Part shown: in pieces, positions 14,054 to 28,897 of the stretch
Position numbering within the stretch: position 1 is the first letter of the stretch
How the letters are laid out: the number at the start of each line of letters is the position of its first letter
Program-made: the position numbers and the translations under genes
NCBI GenBank assembly: GCA_964016885.1
Contig: OZ024740.1
Span: 178,684,001-178,748,000, forward strand
Source: Eledone cirrhosa
Lineage: Eukaryota
DNA: 64,000 nt
Reading direction: 5' to 3'
Notes under the pieces: generated by a model
The model's input: the letters and a program-made list of their open reading frames with translations, nothing else
Told to the model about the DNA's origin: nothing
The model's database searches: none

Positions 14054-14178
14054 ATATATATATATATGTATATATATATAATTCATTCATTCCATGAGTA
14101 CCTTACTATGGTTACCTACGATTGAATCGCAACACACACACACTCACGCACACTCACACACACACGCACACGCACACG

Positions 14179-14258
<80 letters not shown>

Positions 14259-14319
14259 ATTCATTCATTCCATGGACTGAGTGCTCTACCACTACGGATA
14301 TTACCTTCCAGTGTTCCAC

Positions 14320-14407
<88 letters not shown>
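13982..14407. repeat. Compound (TA)n/(CA)n microsatellites
   Basis: Read directly. Confidence 0.95.
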
Positions 14408-14410
<3 letters not shown>

Positions 14411-16207
14411 CAATACAATGGGTAAGCAAATGGAAAGCAAATATAATAACCATGCTGTATGTTCTGATAGGAAAACCATCATTGATGTGTAGAAATATAG
14501 ATATTTTATGCACGCTATTCCCAGAAATGTGGGTTGTGTCATGGCTGCATTTGATGTGAATAATTTATCGGCGTTGTGTCTTCTGTACTGTTGCATACAC
14601 ATGTAAGCACTTCGATAATTAGATTGTTGATAAACGAGAGGAAGTACAATATCCTGTGTATATAAGAGATGCACATGGGGCAAGAACGAATGAGGAAATG
14701 ATTGATGATGGGCTTAGGATTCCTTCTAATCCCATACAATACTTTGATAGCCTTGTTATTTTCGGGAAGCGCTTATTTCCTCTGTTCATTCTTTGAAATG
14801 CAACAGCGCATTAATACATGGCTATTTGACTGCTAGTCAATTCTTTAGTATTGTTGTGGTGCAAACTTCCTCACATAAACTACATATAATTAACTGAACA
14901 ATGCACATTTAAAATAGATTGTCATTTGACATTTTGCTGCTCTTATCAATAGGAAATAACAATATGGTTTTGTTTTTGCTGCGCTGTTTTACTCACTTTG
15001 GAAATTGCTAATCAAATCCCGTTTCACTTGTTCAAAGCTATCAGTTTTCATCTTTAATTATATTTCATGAGATGATAACATTTTAGATTAAATATTGACT
15101 CATTCTCCATTTGATTGTATAGATTAATATTACACCGGATTACCATTCGATGAGATCAAAAGAAAATTCACTCAGCACATGCATTCTTTTAAGTCCCCCA
15201 ACAGAACCCTATCCCACTGTCCTCTTTTATTTGGCGGCGGCAAGGCAAGTAAAATGACCTGTCGTATCATTCGCAACTGATTTCCACTTCTGTGCATGCC
15301 TTCTTTACTCTGTCCTACATCACAATTTCTGGTCTGTTATGTTTGCATTTTATTGGTGTTATGACTGGAGCATGTCTCCAATACTCTTTCATATTATGTA
15401 TGCATATGCCCTTCATACCGCTGTAACTTTTTATATGTTTATTCTTATATCCTTTCTATGGATTGGATTGTATAGTCTTTTGGTCACTACATCAGGCCTC
15501 ATATGTAGATAGTATGGTATTGATATCTATGCGCAACTGCTTATTATGTGGGTGAAATCTCCCACGTTTATTCCGCAGTGTCTGCATCTGTTGTTACATG
15601 TATGTATTTTGGCTGCATCCTTATCTCTTTTGTATCAGGTATTTTGTTCTTATTTCCTATTTTTCGTTAGTAAAAGCATATCCTTTAAAGTGAGAGACAA
15701 TAAACCGGTTGGTTGTCGAAGACAGACATTTGCTGCAGATGCTCATTTACATATAGCAGATAGAAAACATCGGCTGTATGCAAATGTGTATTTCCAACAG
15801 ATATTTTCTATATGCTATATGCATATGAGCATCTCCAGCAAATATCTGTCTTGGACAACCAACCGGTATATTGGAGATAGGGATGCAGGAAAAAGACATA
15901 GATGTAACAACAGATACAGACACTGCGGAATAATCATGGGAGGAGTTCGGAGCATTTGTTTGGAATTGAATTGGATGAAAATAAAGTGAAATCCAAAGAT
16001 AGAATAGAAGATGCTGTAGAAAAGTTCGGCATATGATTTTAATGGCGATAATGTGAAATGAAATGCAGAAAATCTGTCAGTATCAATGAAAGCGAGTTAA
16101 ATTTAAATATGCATATAAGTTACCATATAACCGATAGTGATAATACAGGACTACCATTAGGCTCCCCGTAATGAAGACAAGTAAAAGGTCATTCCATATC
16201 TACGTTC

Positions 16208-16238
<31 letters not shown>

Positions 16239-16547
16239 TAGCATAACTATATCATATTTGTCACATGAGCAGAGACGGTATTTAAATTCATTGATTTACG
16301 TGGTTATGGTTTACATAATTGATCATATTATCTTGAAAATGTAGAAAGTATTTTAGGTATCCAAATATGCTAAGAGAGAGTATTGCGGTATATTCTCATC
16401 GTTTGGGTCTTAAGGCAAACGTTTTGTTAGTTCAGTCTGACTTTAAAATTATTTAGGCTTATGTGTTATTTACATCGTTCCTATTTTCAAATGAAAGATT
16501 CACATTGTATTCTGAGGAGTTTAAGGCATTTAGCATCTGATTGACAA

Positions 16548-19057
16548 GGGTGCGGCGAAATTTGCCCTTGACCAATTCTTCAATGCAAAGCACGAAGGCT
16601 GCGTTGTCAGAGCTAGGATGCGTGCTCTCAGACACGAGGGGACGAAAGCCGTTCAATGGGCCCGAGTGGCGGAGGCGCGTCGTGGAAGCAAAGCCACGAT
16701 CCGGTCTTTGGTGGACCACGACGGGCGCATGCTACTCGATCCCGGGCAAATGTGTGAAGCTTTTCAGCGACACTTCGCTCAGCTCTTCGGGGACAGCGGC
16801 GGGCCCTATTGAGGGATGGACTTTAGTGCCTACCTCGACGCACTGCCGCGGCTCTAGGCCACTGAGGCGGAGTGTTGCGAAAAGCCGATAACAGCAGCTG
16901 AAGTACGGGAGGCAATGACTGGCTGCACAAGGGGTAAATCGCCTGGTTTGGATGGTCTGCCCTATGAACTTTACGTACAGATGCCAGACTTGTTCGGAGG
17001 CCTCTTGGCGGACGTCTACTGCAACTGGCAACAGAACGGGAGAATTCCCAGCTCTGTGAGCCGAGGAGCGGTGGCGCTGCTGAGAAAGGATCCTAACAAG
17101 GAGGATAACATAGATAATTTCAGGCCCATAACTCTGCTAAACACAGAGTTCAAGATTTTGGCCAAGGTGCTAGCAAAGAGGTTGGCGCTTGTCGTTGGTG
17201 GTCTGGTGGGAGAAGCGCAGACATGCGCTATTCCAGACAGATCCATCCACGACAACCTCCACCTCATGCGATACATCGTAGAGAGGGTAGCTAGGGAACC
17301 TGGCACGGGTGGGTCCTTGATCAATTTAGATCAGTCGAAAGCTTTCGATAGGGTCGACCATCGTTACCTAGCGGCAGTCCTGAAGGCGGCTGTATTTGGG
17401 CCCGTCTTCAGAGGCTGGATCGCTGCCATGCACGGCGACATCTGCTCTGTGGTTAGAGTGAACGTCACCTTTCGGAACCGTTCAACATCATGCGCTCGGT
17501 CCGCCCTCTCGCCCCTCTTGTACGTATTGACTCTCGAGCCATTACTGCACAAACTGGAGACGTTCAGGGGCGTCCCGCGCGAACTAGGATGCGGAAGATC
17601 CGTGTCAGCATATGCGGACGATGTCACCGTAGTGGTGTCGAACGCCAAACACATCGAGGCGATAGGCACTACACTGAGAGAATGCGAAGCGGTGACAGGA
17701 GCAATGATCAACCAGGCAAAAGTCAGTGGGCCTGCAGCTCGGCACCTGGAGAGGCAGGTCCATGCCGTCCAACAGCGTCGTCGGGCGCTGGACGGACGGA
17801 CCGGGTAAATTGCTAGGGTTCAGGTTCGGTCCGCACCTCCAGACGGACAAAAACTGGGACGAGGTGACGAGCAGGGTGGCTTCTCTCACCCAGAAATGGG
17901 CGCAGAGGAAGTTATCCCTGAAAGGTCGAGCGGAGGTGGCTAACGCATACATAGCGTCCGTCATCTACTACCGCCTGACCGTCGTACCTTGTCCTAAGCC
18001 CCGCCTGACTGCGCTGGAGCATTTGCTCTTTCGCTTTTTGTGGAAGGGACGCGCTCCGATGGTCAGGCGGTCTATCTACTGTCAACACCCGCTACGTGGA
18101 GGGCTGGGCATGCCGTGGCTGATGATGCGCAGACACGCGCTCAGGCTACGACATCTCCACCTCTTCCTCGACGGTGATCAGGTGAGGTCGCCGTTTGCTA
18201 GACACGTATTTCCCCAGCTCGTTTCCTTGACGGAGCTGCAGTCCTGGGTCAAGCGTAGACCGAGAGGGAGCGCCTGGAGACTGGAATGTCTTCAGGCGCT
18301 CACAGCCCTCGACCAATCGGGCAATGTGATCGGTGGAAACTCCACCTCGGCGTTCTATAGAGGATTAGTGGAGGGGTAGAGCGACGACGTACTTGGGGAA
18401 ACTCTAGGCGTCGACGAAAATCAACTAGCCAATCTCTTCGGAAGAACATTCGGGCCGGGGCCTATGTACAACTTCCAGAAATCTCTTGCCTGGCAGTGCT
18501 ACCGAGGAGCCTTGCCAGTTCGGGATAAACTCTACAGGCATGGAGGTGCCGTCAGCCGAGCATGTCCGAGATGCGCGCAGGGCGACGAAACCGTCCTGCA
18601 CGCACTCGTCCAGTGTTCGAAAATTGCTGACTTGTGGGTTTATGTCGAACACCTGCTGTCGCGTGTAGGACGGATCCAGCTATCATCTGAGTCCATCGTG
18701 AGGATTGCCCCCGCCCCCTTCCTTTAGCCGGGAAGGGCAGGAAGTTTTTATCTGTCTGGTGGCCATGGCGAAAGAGATAGTATGGTGGACACGTTTGAAA
18801 GGGCTGAAGACGAGCACTTACCTTTTCGGTGATGCCCTGATTGACTCTTTCAAATTTCATTTGAAAAGGAAAATCAGAGTAGAGAGGGAAGTGCTCTCTT
18901 CCCAGAATTTTGTTGAAAGATGGATGAGAGAAGCAAGAATGGCCCGAGTCAATGGGCCTACTCTGAGTATGTATCTGTAAATTAAAGGTAGAAAACTGGG
19001 AGAGGGCACTTGCCTTGGTGGTCAGGGTCACTGTGGCCTTTTACTGGGCTTTCTCCA
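16548..19057 (+). mobile_element. L1/Tx1-type LINE copy 2 (subfamily B), truncated at both ends
   Basis: KSPGLDGLPYE, FRPITLLN, DQSKAFDRV, YADD, CPRC..HALVQC. Stop at 18980, then a short UTR. Confidence 0.92.
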
Positions 19058-22000
19058 TAAACTGGAAAGTTTGTTGAAATGAATATCAAGCCACTACCTG
19101 CAGCCTCAGATATTCAGGACGTATCGGAGTGTTCTTCCTGTTCTCAGCAAGCATGCCTTTTGAAGCGTTCCAAAAAGCGGGGCGGGGCCAATTTTCTTTA
19201 ACCATCCCTGGAAACCTTTTGAGATAGTACCTAGAGCGCCTATGACAATCGGGACCACTTTGACTTCATAGCAGTTCCAAATCCTTTTTAAGTCCCACTT
19301 TAAGTCCTGGTATCGATTAATTTTCTCCCTTCCCTTCTCTTGCACTCTCGTGTCGAATGGGCAGGCCACATCCACAATCAGGCACGATATTTTTTCCTTG
19401 TCTAGGTCAGGTCTATTGTGTTCCAGTTTCTTGTCCGTCTGTATCCTTAAATCCCACAGCACCTTCACCTGATCGTTTTCTATCACCGTCTCTGGCTTAT
19501 GCTCATACCACATCTCAGAATGTGGTAAATTGTTTACTTTGCATAGTTGCCAGTGGATCACCCTGCCCATCACATCATGTCTCCAGCCTTTATAGTGAGT
19601 CTGAGCTAGATGTTTACATTCGGATACAATGTGAGCCACAGTCTCCTCTCTCTCTCCACAGATCCTGCATAGTGGGCTAACCTCCTCCTTGTAAATATGG
19701 TGTTTCAACCTCTTCGTTTTGAGGGCCTGCTCTTGCGCAGCCATTAGCATTCTTTCTGTAGCCTTTTTAAGGTCTCCTCTTTTCAACCAGTTCCATGTCT
19801 GTGGATCTCTGAATTCAGTTTTCTCAAAGAAGGTACCATGAAGGGATTTTTCATGAAGGTTGCTCTTTCTCCTTGTTATTTCCTCGTTGGACATCCCCTG
19901 GACTATTGTCCTCTCCTTCAGTACAATTCTGAGCATTGGCTCCTTACTATCAGTCAGATATTTGTGTAGGTTGTTTTTCTCCATCTGAACACAGTCCTCT
20001 ATTCTGATAAGACCTCTTCCACCTTCAGATCTCCTTCTTCAGTGTCAATTTCCTTTATCATCTCACCTATTGGTACCTGGATTCCGTTGCTTCTCCTCAA
20101 TTTACCCCTCTTCATCACAAAGACTCCACACTTACTAATACCAAATTGCTTACATATATCATTGCTGAAAATACGAACAGTGTCAACAAGCACATCCAAC
20201 ACCTCCTCACTCTTCCCGAAGAGCTTAAGATCGTCCATGAAGAGGTGATTGATGGTAAGCTCTCCCTTTCCCAACTTGTATGCTGCTCTCACTTTTCGCA
20301 GTATAATGGTCAGGGGCATCAGGACAAGCACAAACAACAGAAGGGACAGACTATCTCCCTGGAAGATACCTGTCTTGATCTTCACGCCTCCCAAGGATTC
20401 TCCAGCTGATGTTAACTCTGTTTACCAGGTCTTCACAACTTGCTCAACAACTGTCTGATGTTATCTGCCACCTTGAAGATCTCTAGGCTTTTGGTGATCC
20501 AAGAATGAGGCTCCATGTCAAATGCCTTTTTTTAGTCTATCCATCCCATGGCAAGACCAGTGTGTCTCCTCTTGCAATTCCGCATTACCATCTTATCAAT
20601 AAGTAACTGGTCCACGGGACTTCTTTCGGCATCCTTTCTGTTCGTTCGGTAACAAGTTGTTTGTGCGGAAGTGATGGTAGATTTCCTCAGACACAAAGCT
20701 TGTCACCAGTTTCCACATTACGGACAGACATATGATAGGTCTATAGTTGGTAACATCATTACCCTTGATTCGGTCTTTCATTACCAGAACTGTGGTACCT
20801 TTTGTCCACCACTCTGGTACCTCACCTGACATCAAGCAGTCATTGAATATGGTTGTCAGTTTCAGGTGGAGGGGTGTTATATTTTTAATCCAATACCCCT
20901 GCACACCATCTGGGCCTGGTGATTTCCAGTTGTTTAGTTTTTTGGCCTGCATCTTAAAAGTTTCAACTGTGATACTCAAATCAGTTTGTTGGTGTGCCTG
21001 TTCACTAATCTCCTTTTGTACTGTCTCAATCCACACTGCCTGGTCATTATGTTTAACATCCTGCTCCCATATTCCTCTCCAGAATGTCTTAGTTTGTTCC
21101 GCCTCAGGGATCAAGTCGTTGCCTCTTTCTTTCCCTTAAAGCTGTCCAAACAACCTCATCTGGTTGTTGTCAAACATGCGATTCTCTCTACACTGACAGA
21201 CTCTGCTCTCGTATCGCCTAATATTTGCACTCGTTGCTACAATGCGTTGCTTCAGTTCCTCTATGATAATATTTAGCTTTTTCCTCCTACTTTTGTACTT
21301 TATTTCCAGTCTATTTTTAGTGTTTATGTTTTTTAATGTCCCATTCAGTAGGGACTCAAGCTTTCCAATGTCATTTCTCATTTCCCTGATTTGACCATTC
21401 CGTCGTTTCTTGTTTGTTGTTTCCTCTCGCTTTTATGCCAAGTAATTTCCTCGCCGCATTTTCTGTTGCTTTGGAGATATTGTTGCACTGGTGAAGGCTC
21501 CTCGCCTCAAGGTATGGGATGACTTTGTTTACCTTAGCTGTTGTCTCTTTTAACTTTTTCCTGTCTATAAATCTTAGGTTCATAGGTTTCCCACTATCAT
21601 TGTTCAATTCATCTACCACTTAGTTTAGGATATCAACCAAATCTTCTCCTATCCCATCAGTATTCATTTCCTCAATGGCCGTATCTTTGTTCCAGGTATT
21701 ATTTATTTCAGCATTCAGATCATTGTCTGCTTCGGGTGGTTCCTCCGTTCTCTCAACCTCTTCACCTTCATTTCTCACTGGCTAGTTTGCCTGGCATACT
21801 CCACGCTCCATTTCCAACCTAATCTCTCTGCTCAGTTCCTCCAGTTCCAGCTCGCTTATCCACCCATTAGTTCTTATTACCCGAGCCTGCCCGGCCAATT
21901 TTTGTTCATCTAATTTAAATAGACCAATCTCGTTCCAGATGTTATGCTTCCGTTTCCTATAGCCTTTTTCTTTGGGGTTACTCTTCAGGTAACATTGCAA

Positions 22001-22205
22001 AACAGTTCTATTCAATTCTTTCGTCCAGTTGGTTCTTGTCCCTTTTCTTCTTCTTCTTCCTCCAACACCAACAATATTTGGATGACAGCCAGGTCTCTGC
22101 TGCTGGGCCAGTAGCACATGCTGGGTGAGAGTCGGTCACATAACGTTCCAGTCTCCTCTTCACCGTTATTCGAACTGTTTAGGTTCGACTTTTAAACGCT
22201 CATAT
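19058..22205 (-). mobile_element. R4/Dong-type retrotransposon, near full length, same family as 5601-8028
   Basis: N-terminal NWTKELNRTVLQCYLKS, RT FMDDLK, CRICGEREETVAHIVSEC, RPD nuclease. About 0.3 kb internal deletion near 20035. The extreme 3' end is missing. Confidence 0.92.
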
Positions 22206-22582
22206 CGAGGATTGGTGAATGTATGGTTACATAACCACCGGTAATTTCATCACCCCCAGTGATTTGATCACCCCCGGTGATTTTAGCGTGGAACCATCAC
22301 GCTGTAGACGAACATAAATAAATACACAAATAAATAGATCAAAACTTTAAAAAAATAAACATAAGTTTCATTGTAATGTTTGAATGTCTGACTTATATTT
22401 TTTTATTTTTGTTTTTCTTTTCTTTACGTTTTTCGTTTTTCAAGGCCAGTAGCATCGGTTACTAGTGTTGTTGTTGCTGCTGTGCTGTTTTGATTTTATC
22501 TACGTGGGAAGTAGGGATTGTTGCGTTCAAAACTTTTGAAATTTGTTTCGACTTGTTGCTTATCATTATTATTATTATATTA

Positions 22583-22670
22583 TACGGGGTCGATAAAACA
22601 AAGCACCAGCAATGCACTGGGCAATCGCTGGCCCTGCGCCAAAAAACTAGAAACAATTATTATTATTATT
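22583..22670 (+). mobile_element. SINE family 1, 3' fragment in (ATT)n
   Basis: acggggtcgataaaa...ctagaaacaattattatt matches the other copies. Confidence 0.8.
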
Positions 22671-23270
22671 TTATAGTTTAGATTTGACATCGTTTAAACT
22701 AAACATTTTGAGAGAGTTTAGAGGTACAACAGCAATAATTTTTTTTGTGTTGTTGTTGCTATTAGCTGTTTGACCGGGTCACCAAATCAGTCTATTTATA
22801 ACTTTTGATACTTTCCTCGCTTCTATTCATGTTTTGTGGGACTACTACCATGCCTCTCTCTTAACAGGAGGTAGTGATAGAATAGTGGTGGTAGCGATGA
22901 TGCAGTGGTGGTGATGTGATAGTAGTACTATAGTGATGGTTTTGATGTAGCCGTTGGTTTGTTTGGCTAGATTTTTTGTGGTAGTGGTGATGGTGGTGGT
23001 GGCGGTGGTGGTGTTGGTGGTGAAATTATTTGGCTGTTTGTAGCCATTTTCTTTTTTGACTATTACATTTCTGATCCAAAATTAAATATTAAATATTGGA
23101 GCCCTATGCCATAATGTGATGCTTTGTCACTTCCTGAGAGTTAAAACTGGTATCTTATGTTCCATTTGTAATAAGAATTATTCTCTCACAATGGTTTTAA
23201 ATACGTAAAAAATCAATAACTTACGGGAGCGATTCCATAACACTCTATCCACCATTATTATTATTATTAT

Positions 23271-23475
23271 TGGGGCGGTGGATTGGCAGTATCAGTAGAG
23301 GGTTGGACGTCAAGCTTTGCCACAACGCATAGAGTTACGGCCCTTTCCATTCTGAGTTCAAATCCCGCCGAGGTTAACTTTGCCTTTCAACATTTCGGGG
23401 TCGATAAAATAATGTACTGTGTAATTGCTGGTCTGTGCCAAAACTAGAAACAATTATTATTATTATTATTATTAT
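23271..23475 (+). mobile_element. tRNA-derived SINE family 1, full length, (ATT)n on both sides
   Basis: A-box-like TGGCAGTATCAG, B-box GAGTTCAAATCC, body ttaactttgcctttc..ggggtcgataaaat, ATT tail. Confidence 0.88.
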
Positions 23476-23695
23476 TTTTATGGACGTACATGTGTGAAGA
23501 CAGTACACATCTGCGGGGGAAAAGGTTCGTAACTTTAAGCTGTTTTAAAGTGTGATTTTTTGTATTTTCTTGTTGTTAACGAAATATAAGGTACACATCT
23601 TGGTTTCAAGAGTGAGATACCTCTCAATATTCGGGCTTTAAACCCGAATATTCAGATTTATTTTTAAAAAATCGCTTCCCCACCAAAAAAAAAAA

Positions 23696-25452
23696 ATGGA
23701 TATTTTCGACCTTGAAACGGTAAACAACGTTCAGTTCAAAAGTTTAAAAGAAGCCACTGTAGATTTCACCAAGACTACAACGGCTACAGTCATGCCTGTC
23801 GTCCACTCTACTGAAGGTGAAGGCAAAACTCAAAAGCTACCATCACAACCTTCTGTGTTAGCAGCAGTATCATCTGAAAGCGACATCAACACCACTACCA
23901 CCGCCGCCACCGTCACCCCCGCCGCCACCACCACCACAACAACAACAACTCAGAGCAATAACGACAATAACACCGACAGCTTCAATGTAAACACGGATGG
24001 CGGTGGCAAGAGCAACAACAAACAAAACAACAACAACACCAATAACAACAGCAAGAATGACAATACGAACAACAAGAGCATCAGAAGAACCTATTTGCTG
24101 CAGCAGCAGCAAAAACAAAGCGCTTATTGGATTTTGATATTAGCGATAAAGACGAATAGTTGGCCCAGGCATGGAGGATAATTAAACGGGAGAAGTCCTG
24201 GGCAAACCTGACCATCCCGGACGGGGCAATAGCGGCCATGCAAAGGAGGGCGGTGTACTTTCGATGCATTTCGGTGCAGACACGAAAAGTGAAACTTGCC
24301 TGACAAACAGAGGTCGAGGCTGCTTTGGAGTACATCGGAAGTAACATAGAGTATAAATCAAGAGGCAAACAATTCGGTACCATCTCGGTACTGTTCAAAA
24401 CCGAGGCCCTTGCTATTAAGCTCTCGGTGACCTCCTGCAGAACGGAACGCATTATCATGCATCCGTCCTACATGGGTAAAAGGACAGTAAATGTCCGCAT
24501 TCCCACCATCCCACCATCTCCTCAGCGTAAAAATACAGGGGGTTGCAAACCTCCTTTGTTGCCAACGCCAGTGTCAGCACGGAAAGCTGCACCACCACCA
24601 CCAAAAACAACACCAACAAAGACACGGAGACCAACATCAAAAACAGCCGGATCACCACCAACACCAAAACCAATCCAAGGGGAAAACGAGGAAAGCTCTC
24701 CCACTCCCCCTACCCCCCCCCCCCAATTATACACTTAGACAAAACAATAAACGCACACACAGACACAGAGACACTCACAGCCACAGACCCTTTGTCTTCC
24801 CTTCCAGCAGCAAAGATGAAGGAAAACCCCAAAACGCAAAAAAACAGAGAAAACTCGCAAAAAAAAAAAAGCCACAACAAAACACAAAATCATACACAAC
24901 AAAAAATACAGACACCACTAACGCAAACACTTCCCCAATAACATCAGCACCAACAGCAACATCGACACCGCCCCACAATCCCCGAAACGCAAACAATCTA
25001 AACAAACACAAGTACAAATAAACACACAAATACCTGAAATTGCAGACACCACACCTACAACAAACACAGACATACCCGAAACAACACCACCAAAACCATC
25101 ACCACCACAGTCACCAAAACGAAAACAAATAAAACCACACCAACAAAATGTTAAAAACTTCGTGCTTGTCAGAAGGGCCAACGATAAACTGATTGCTCTC
25201 TTAGCACGAAGCGAGGACATTCAAGCAGAGGGGGAGATATTTAAAATGAGCACATTTTGTGTGCGAGAAAATTTGCTTCTGGTCCGAATGTCACTCAATT
25301 CCTTCAAAGAAATTCGAGAGAGCTTTCCTCCAGACGTGGGAACCCCGAATGTGAAACCCACATCGAGACTTTTAAAGGGGTTCCCAAAAGAAACCCCACC
25401 AACCATGGAGGTCGAACCACCCGACCTTCACAAGAGCCCGGTAGGTAAGTAA
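23696..25452 (+). pseudogene. Tx1 ORF1, frameshifted, zinc-knuckle segment deleted
   Basis: HPSYMGKRTVNVRIP and the C-terminal GFPKETPPT..DLHKSPVGK match copy 1. Confidence 0.8.
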
Positions 25453-25481
25453 ACCTTCCCTCTCTCTCTTAGCTTACCAAC

Positions 25482-28400
25482 ATGGCCATATTAAGTGTAG
25501 GAAGTTTAAATGTTCGTGGCCTGGGGGTCACCCTGGAAGGAAGGTCGCCTGCTCAACGACCTCAGGTCGTTGGAAATGGATGTGATTGCCGTCAGCGAGA
25601 CCAGAATTTCCGACACGCGCGCACTAGCCCCCAATTTCGCCGACTATCAGATCTTCGCATCTGTTAGCGGGCCGGGAATGGGGGGTGGTGTGGCAGTGCT
25701 GTGTAGGAAAGGACTGGATCTCGAGGTAAGGTCGATCTTCCGGGACCCGGACGGTAAGTTGGTGGTCTTGGATGTGAGCAGTAGCGAAGGTGGTGCCTTT
25801 AGAGTACTGACCGTCTACGCCCCTACAGGGGCCGGACGACCGGACTTCTTTAGGCGCCTGGAGACCTTTCTGGGTACGTCTCGCCCTTTACTGTTAGCGG
25901 GGGACTGGAATGGCATCTTATACGCACGCTGGGATTGTGTGGGAGTAGCCTATATAAGCGGGGGGTGCAAAAGCCTCAAGCACCTACTCAGCCAGTTCCA
26001 ACTGTCTGACAAGTATCGACTAGATTTTCCCAATGTGCCAGTATGGACATGGACCAACCGAATGGGGTCATCTAGATCGTATATAGATAGGATCTTCATT
26101 AGAAAAATAGATAGAAATAGTGTAGGCTGCCCACGTTTTAAAACGGTCGCCTATTCAGATCACAAATTTGTGATCTGTACGGTCGACCTAGATAAAACGC
26201 GTAGATTAGGACTGGGTTACTGGAAGCTGAACATGTCATTTCCGGCTCGTATGGCTTACAGGGACCGAGTCAACAATTTAGATAAGCAAAAGTTGACAGG
26301 GGGGATCATCAACAACAGATGGTGGGGGGCTCTCAAAAGAGAGATTAGAGTAATGTCGATAGAGTTTAGCAAAGAACTAGCGTTAGAGAAAAACAGAAAG
26401 GAGGGGGAGCTGGTAGATAAGTTAGACGAGGCTATTTGTAGTGGCATTGCAACTGATGTGCTAGCGGCGAGAATTGCATTAGACCAATTCTTCAATGCGA
26501 AACACGAAGGTTGCATTGTCAGAGCTAAGGCGCGTGCGCTGAGAAACGAGGGAATCAAAGCTGTTCGATGGGTCCGCGTGGCGGAGGCGCAGCGTGGTAA
26601 TAAAACCACAATTCAGTCTTTGGCGGACCGAGACGGACACGAGATAAGCGATTCCAAGCGGATGTGTGAAGCCTTACGCCAGCACTTTGCTCGGTTGTTC
26701 GGGGAGAGTGGCGAGTCAGAGAGAGTAACGGACTTCAGTCCCCACCTTGACGGCTTGCCGCGCATCTCGACGGTCGACGCTGAGCTCTGCGAAAGGCCGA
26801 TTACTTCAGTCGAAATTCAGGATGCCCTTGTTGGCTGCATGAGGCGCAAGTCACTCGGTCTGGATGGCCTGCCCTACGAGCTTTACGTAAATATGCCAGA
26901 CGTGTACTCCGATCTCCTCGAAGCACTCTACTGCAACTGGCAGCAGAATGGTAATATTCCCAGTTCTGTGAGCAGGGAGTGGTGACGCTGATAAGGAAAG
27001 ACGAGAACAAGAGGGATACATTAGACAACTTCAGGCCCATAACTCTGCTCAACACAGAGTTTAAGATTTTGGCCAAGGTGTTAGCAAAGAGATTGGCGCT
27101 TGTCGTCGGGGATTTGGTTGGGGAGGCGCAAGCTTGCGCAATACCAGCCAGGTCCATACACGACAATCTCCACCTAATGCGATACATCATAGAGAGGGTA
27201 TTGTGTAAACCTGGCTTCGGTGGGGCACTGAACAATTTAGACCAATCGAATGCATTCGATAGGGTCGACCATCGGTATCTGGAGTTTGTCCTCAGAGCAG
27301 CTGGCTTCGGCCTTGTCTTCAGAAGCTGGATCGCTGCAATGCACAGCGGCACACGCTCGGTGGTCAAGGTTAATGGCCACCTCTCGGAACCATTTCGGCT
27401 CTCCCGGTCTGTCCGTCAAGGGTGCCCTCTCTCTTCCCTTCTGTACGTATTGACTCTAGAGCCTTTACTGCGGAAGTTGGAGCTGGTGGAGGACATCCTG
27501 CTCGAACCGGGACGTGGAAGGGTGGTGTTGGCTTATGCGGACGACATCACCGTGATGGTGTCGTACACCTCAGAGATCGAGGTGGTCGGCACCTTATTGA
27601 AGGAATATGAAAGGTTGACAAGAGACAAACTTAACCCGGAAAGTCGGTGGGCTTGCTGCTCGTAACCGGGAGAGGCAGGCCCATGTCGTCCAACAGCGTC
27701 GTGGGGCGTGGGCGGACGGACTGGTAAAGTTGCTCGGGGTTTGGTTCGGACCAGACCTCCAGGTGGAAAAGAATTGGGACGAGGTAACGAGCAGAGTAGC
27801 CAGTCTCACCCAAAAATGGGCTGGGAGGAAGCTATCACTGAAAGGTCGCACGGAGGAGGCGAACTCGTACATCGCGTCCGTCATCTACTACCGCCTGACC
27901 GTCGATCCTTGCCCCCGGCCGCGCCTCGCCAAGTTGGAACGGCTCCTCTTCAAATTCTTGTGTAGGGGGTAAGTTCCGTTGGTGAGGCGGGCCATCTGCT
28001 GTCAGCACCCTCTACGCGGAGGGCTGGGCATGCCGTGGCTAATGATGCGCAGAAATGCGTTGAGGCTGCGACATCTCCAGATAATCTGCCACAACAATGA
28101 ACAGGTGTGGTCGCCGTTTATCAGACGGACCTCTCCGCAGCTCATTTCTTTGACTGAGCTGCAGTCCTGGGTCAAGAAGAGACCGAGACTGGGTGACTGG
28201 CACCTGGAATGTTGCCAGGCATTCACTGCCCTCTACCAAGTGGGCAATGTGATCAGTGGAACATCCACTCTCGAGTTCTATAGAGTATTAGTGGTGGGAA
28301 GTGCGATGACGCACTCGGAGATGTTTTGGGCCTCGACGCAGTCGAATTGACCAGCCTGTACCGGAGGACTTTCGAGCCGGGGACGATGGATAATTTCCAG

Positions 28401-28897
28401 AAATCCCTCACTAGGCAGTGGTACCAGGGGGCGCTGCCGGTTCGGGATAAACTCTACAGGCACGGAAGTGCTGTCAGACGGACCTGCCTAGGATGCGCAC
28501 AGAACGACGAAACCGTTCTGCACGCACTTGTCCAATGTCTGTGCATTACTGACTTATGGAGTTATGTCGAACAACTACTGTCGCGTGTGGAACGAATCCG
28601 GCTATCGGCCGAGTCCATAGTGAAGATCGACCCGCCGCCTTCCTTAGGTCAGGAAGAGCAGGAAATTTTCCTCTGTCTGGTGGCAGTTGCGAAAGAGGTG
28701 GACCAGGTTAAAAGGACTGAAGACAGACACTTCTCTTCGGCCAATCCCTCATCAACTTCTTCAAGTTTCACCTGGAAAGGAAGGTGAGGGTGGAGAGAGA
28801 AGTGCTGCCCCCCCCCCCCAGTACATTTGCTAAAAGGTGGATGAATGTTGCGAGAATGGTTCGTGTGAATTGGCCTACTCTGACCATGCGCCTATAG
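25482..28897 (+). pseudogene. Tx1 ORF2 (APE-RT-zinc finger), frameshifted
   Basis: SLNVRGL, AGDWN, YIDRIF, YSDH, QGCPLS, YADD. Confidence 0.92.

Noticed and set aside
16207-16235. Poly(A) tract as the tail of a processed pseudogene
   Set aside because: No recognisable upstream ORF, poly(A) signal or target duplication.
22236-22286. Short tandem ggtgatttgatcacccc repeats as CRISPR or transposon end
   Set aside because: Only 2-3 units, no spacers and no cas genes. No matching opposite terminus was confirmed.
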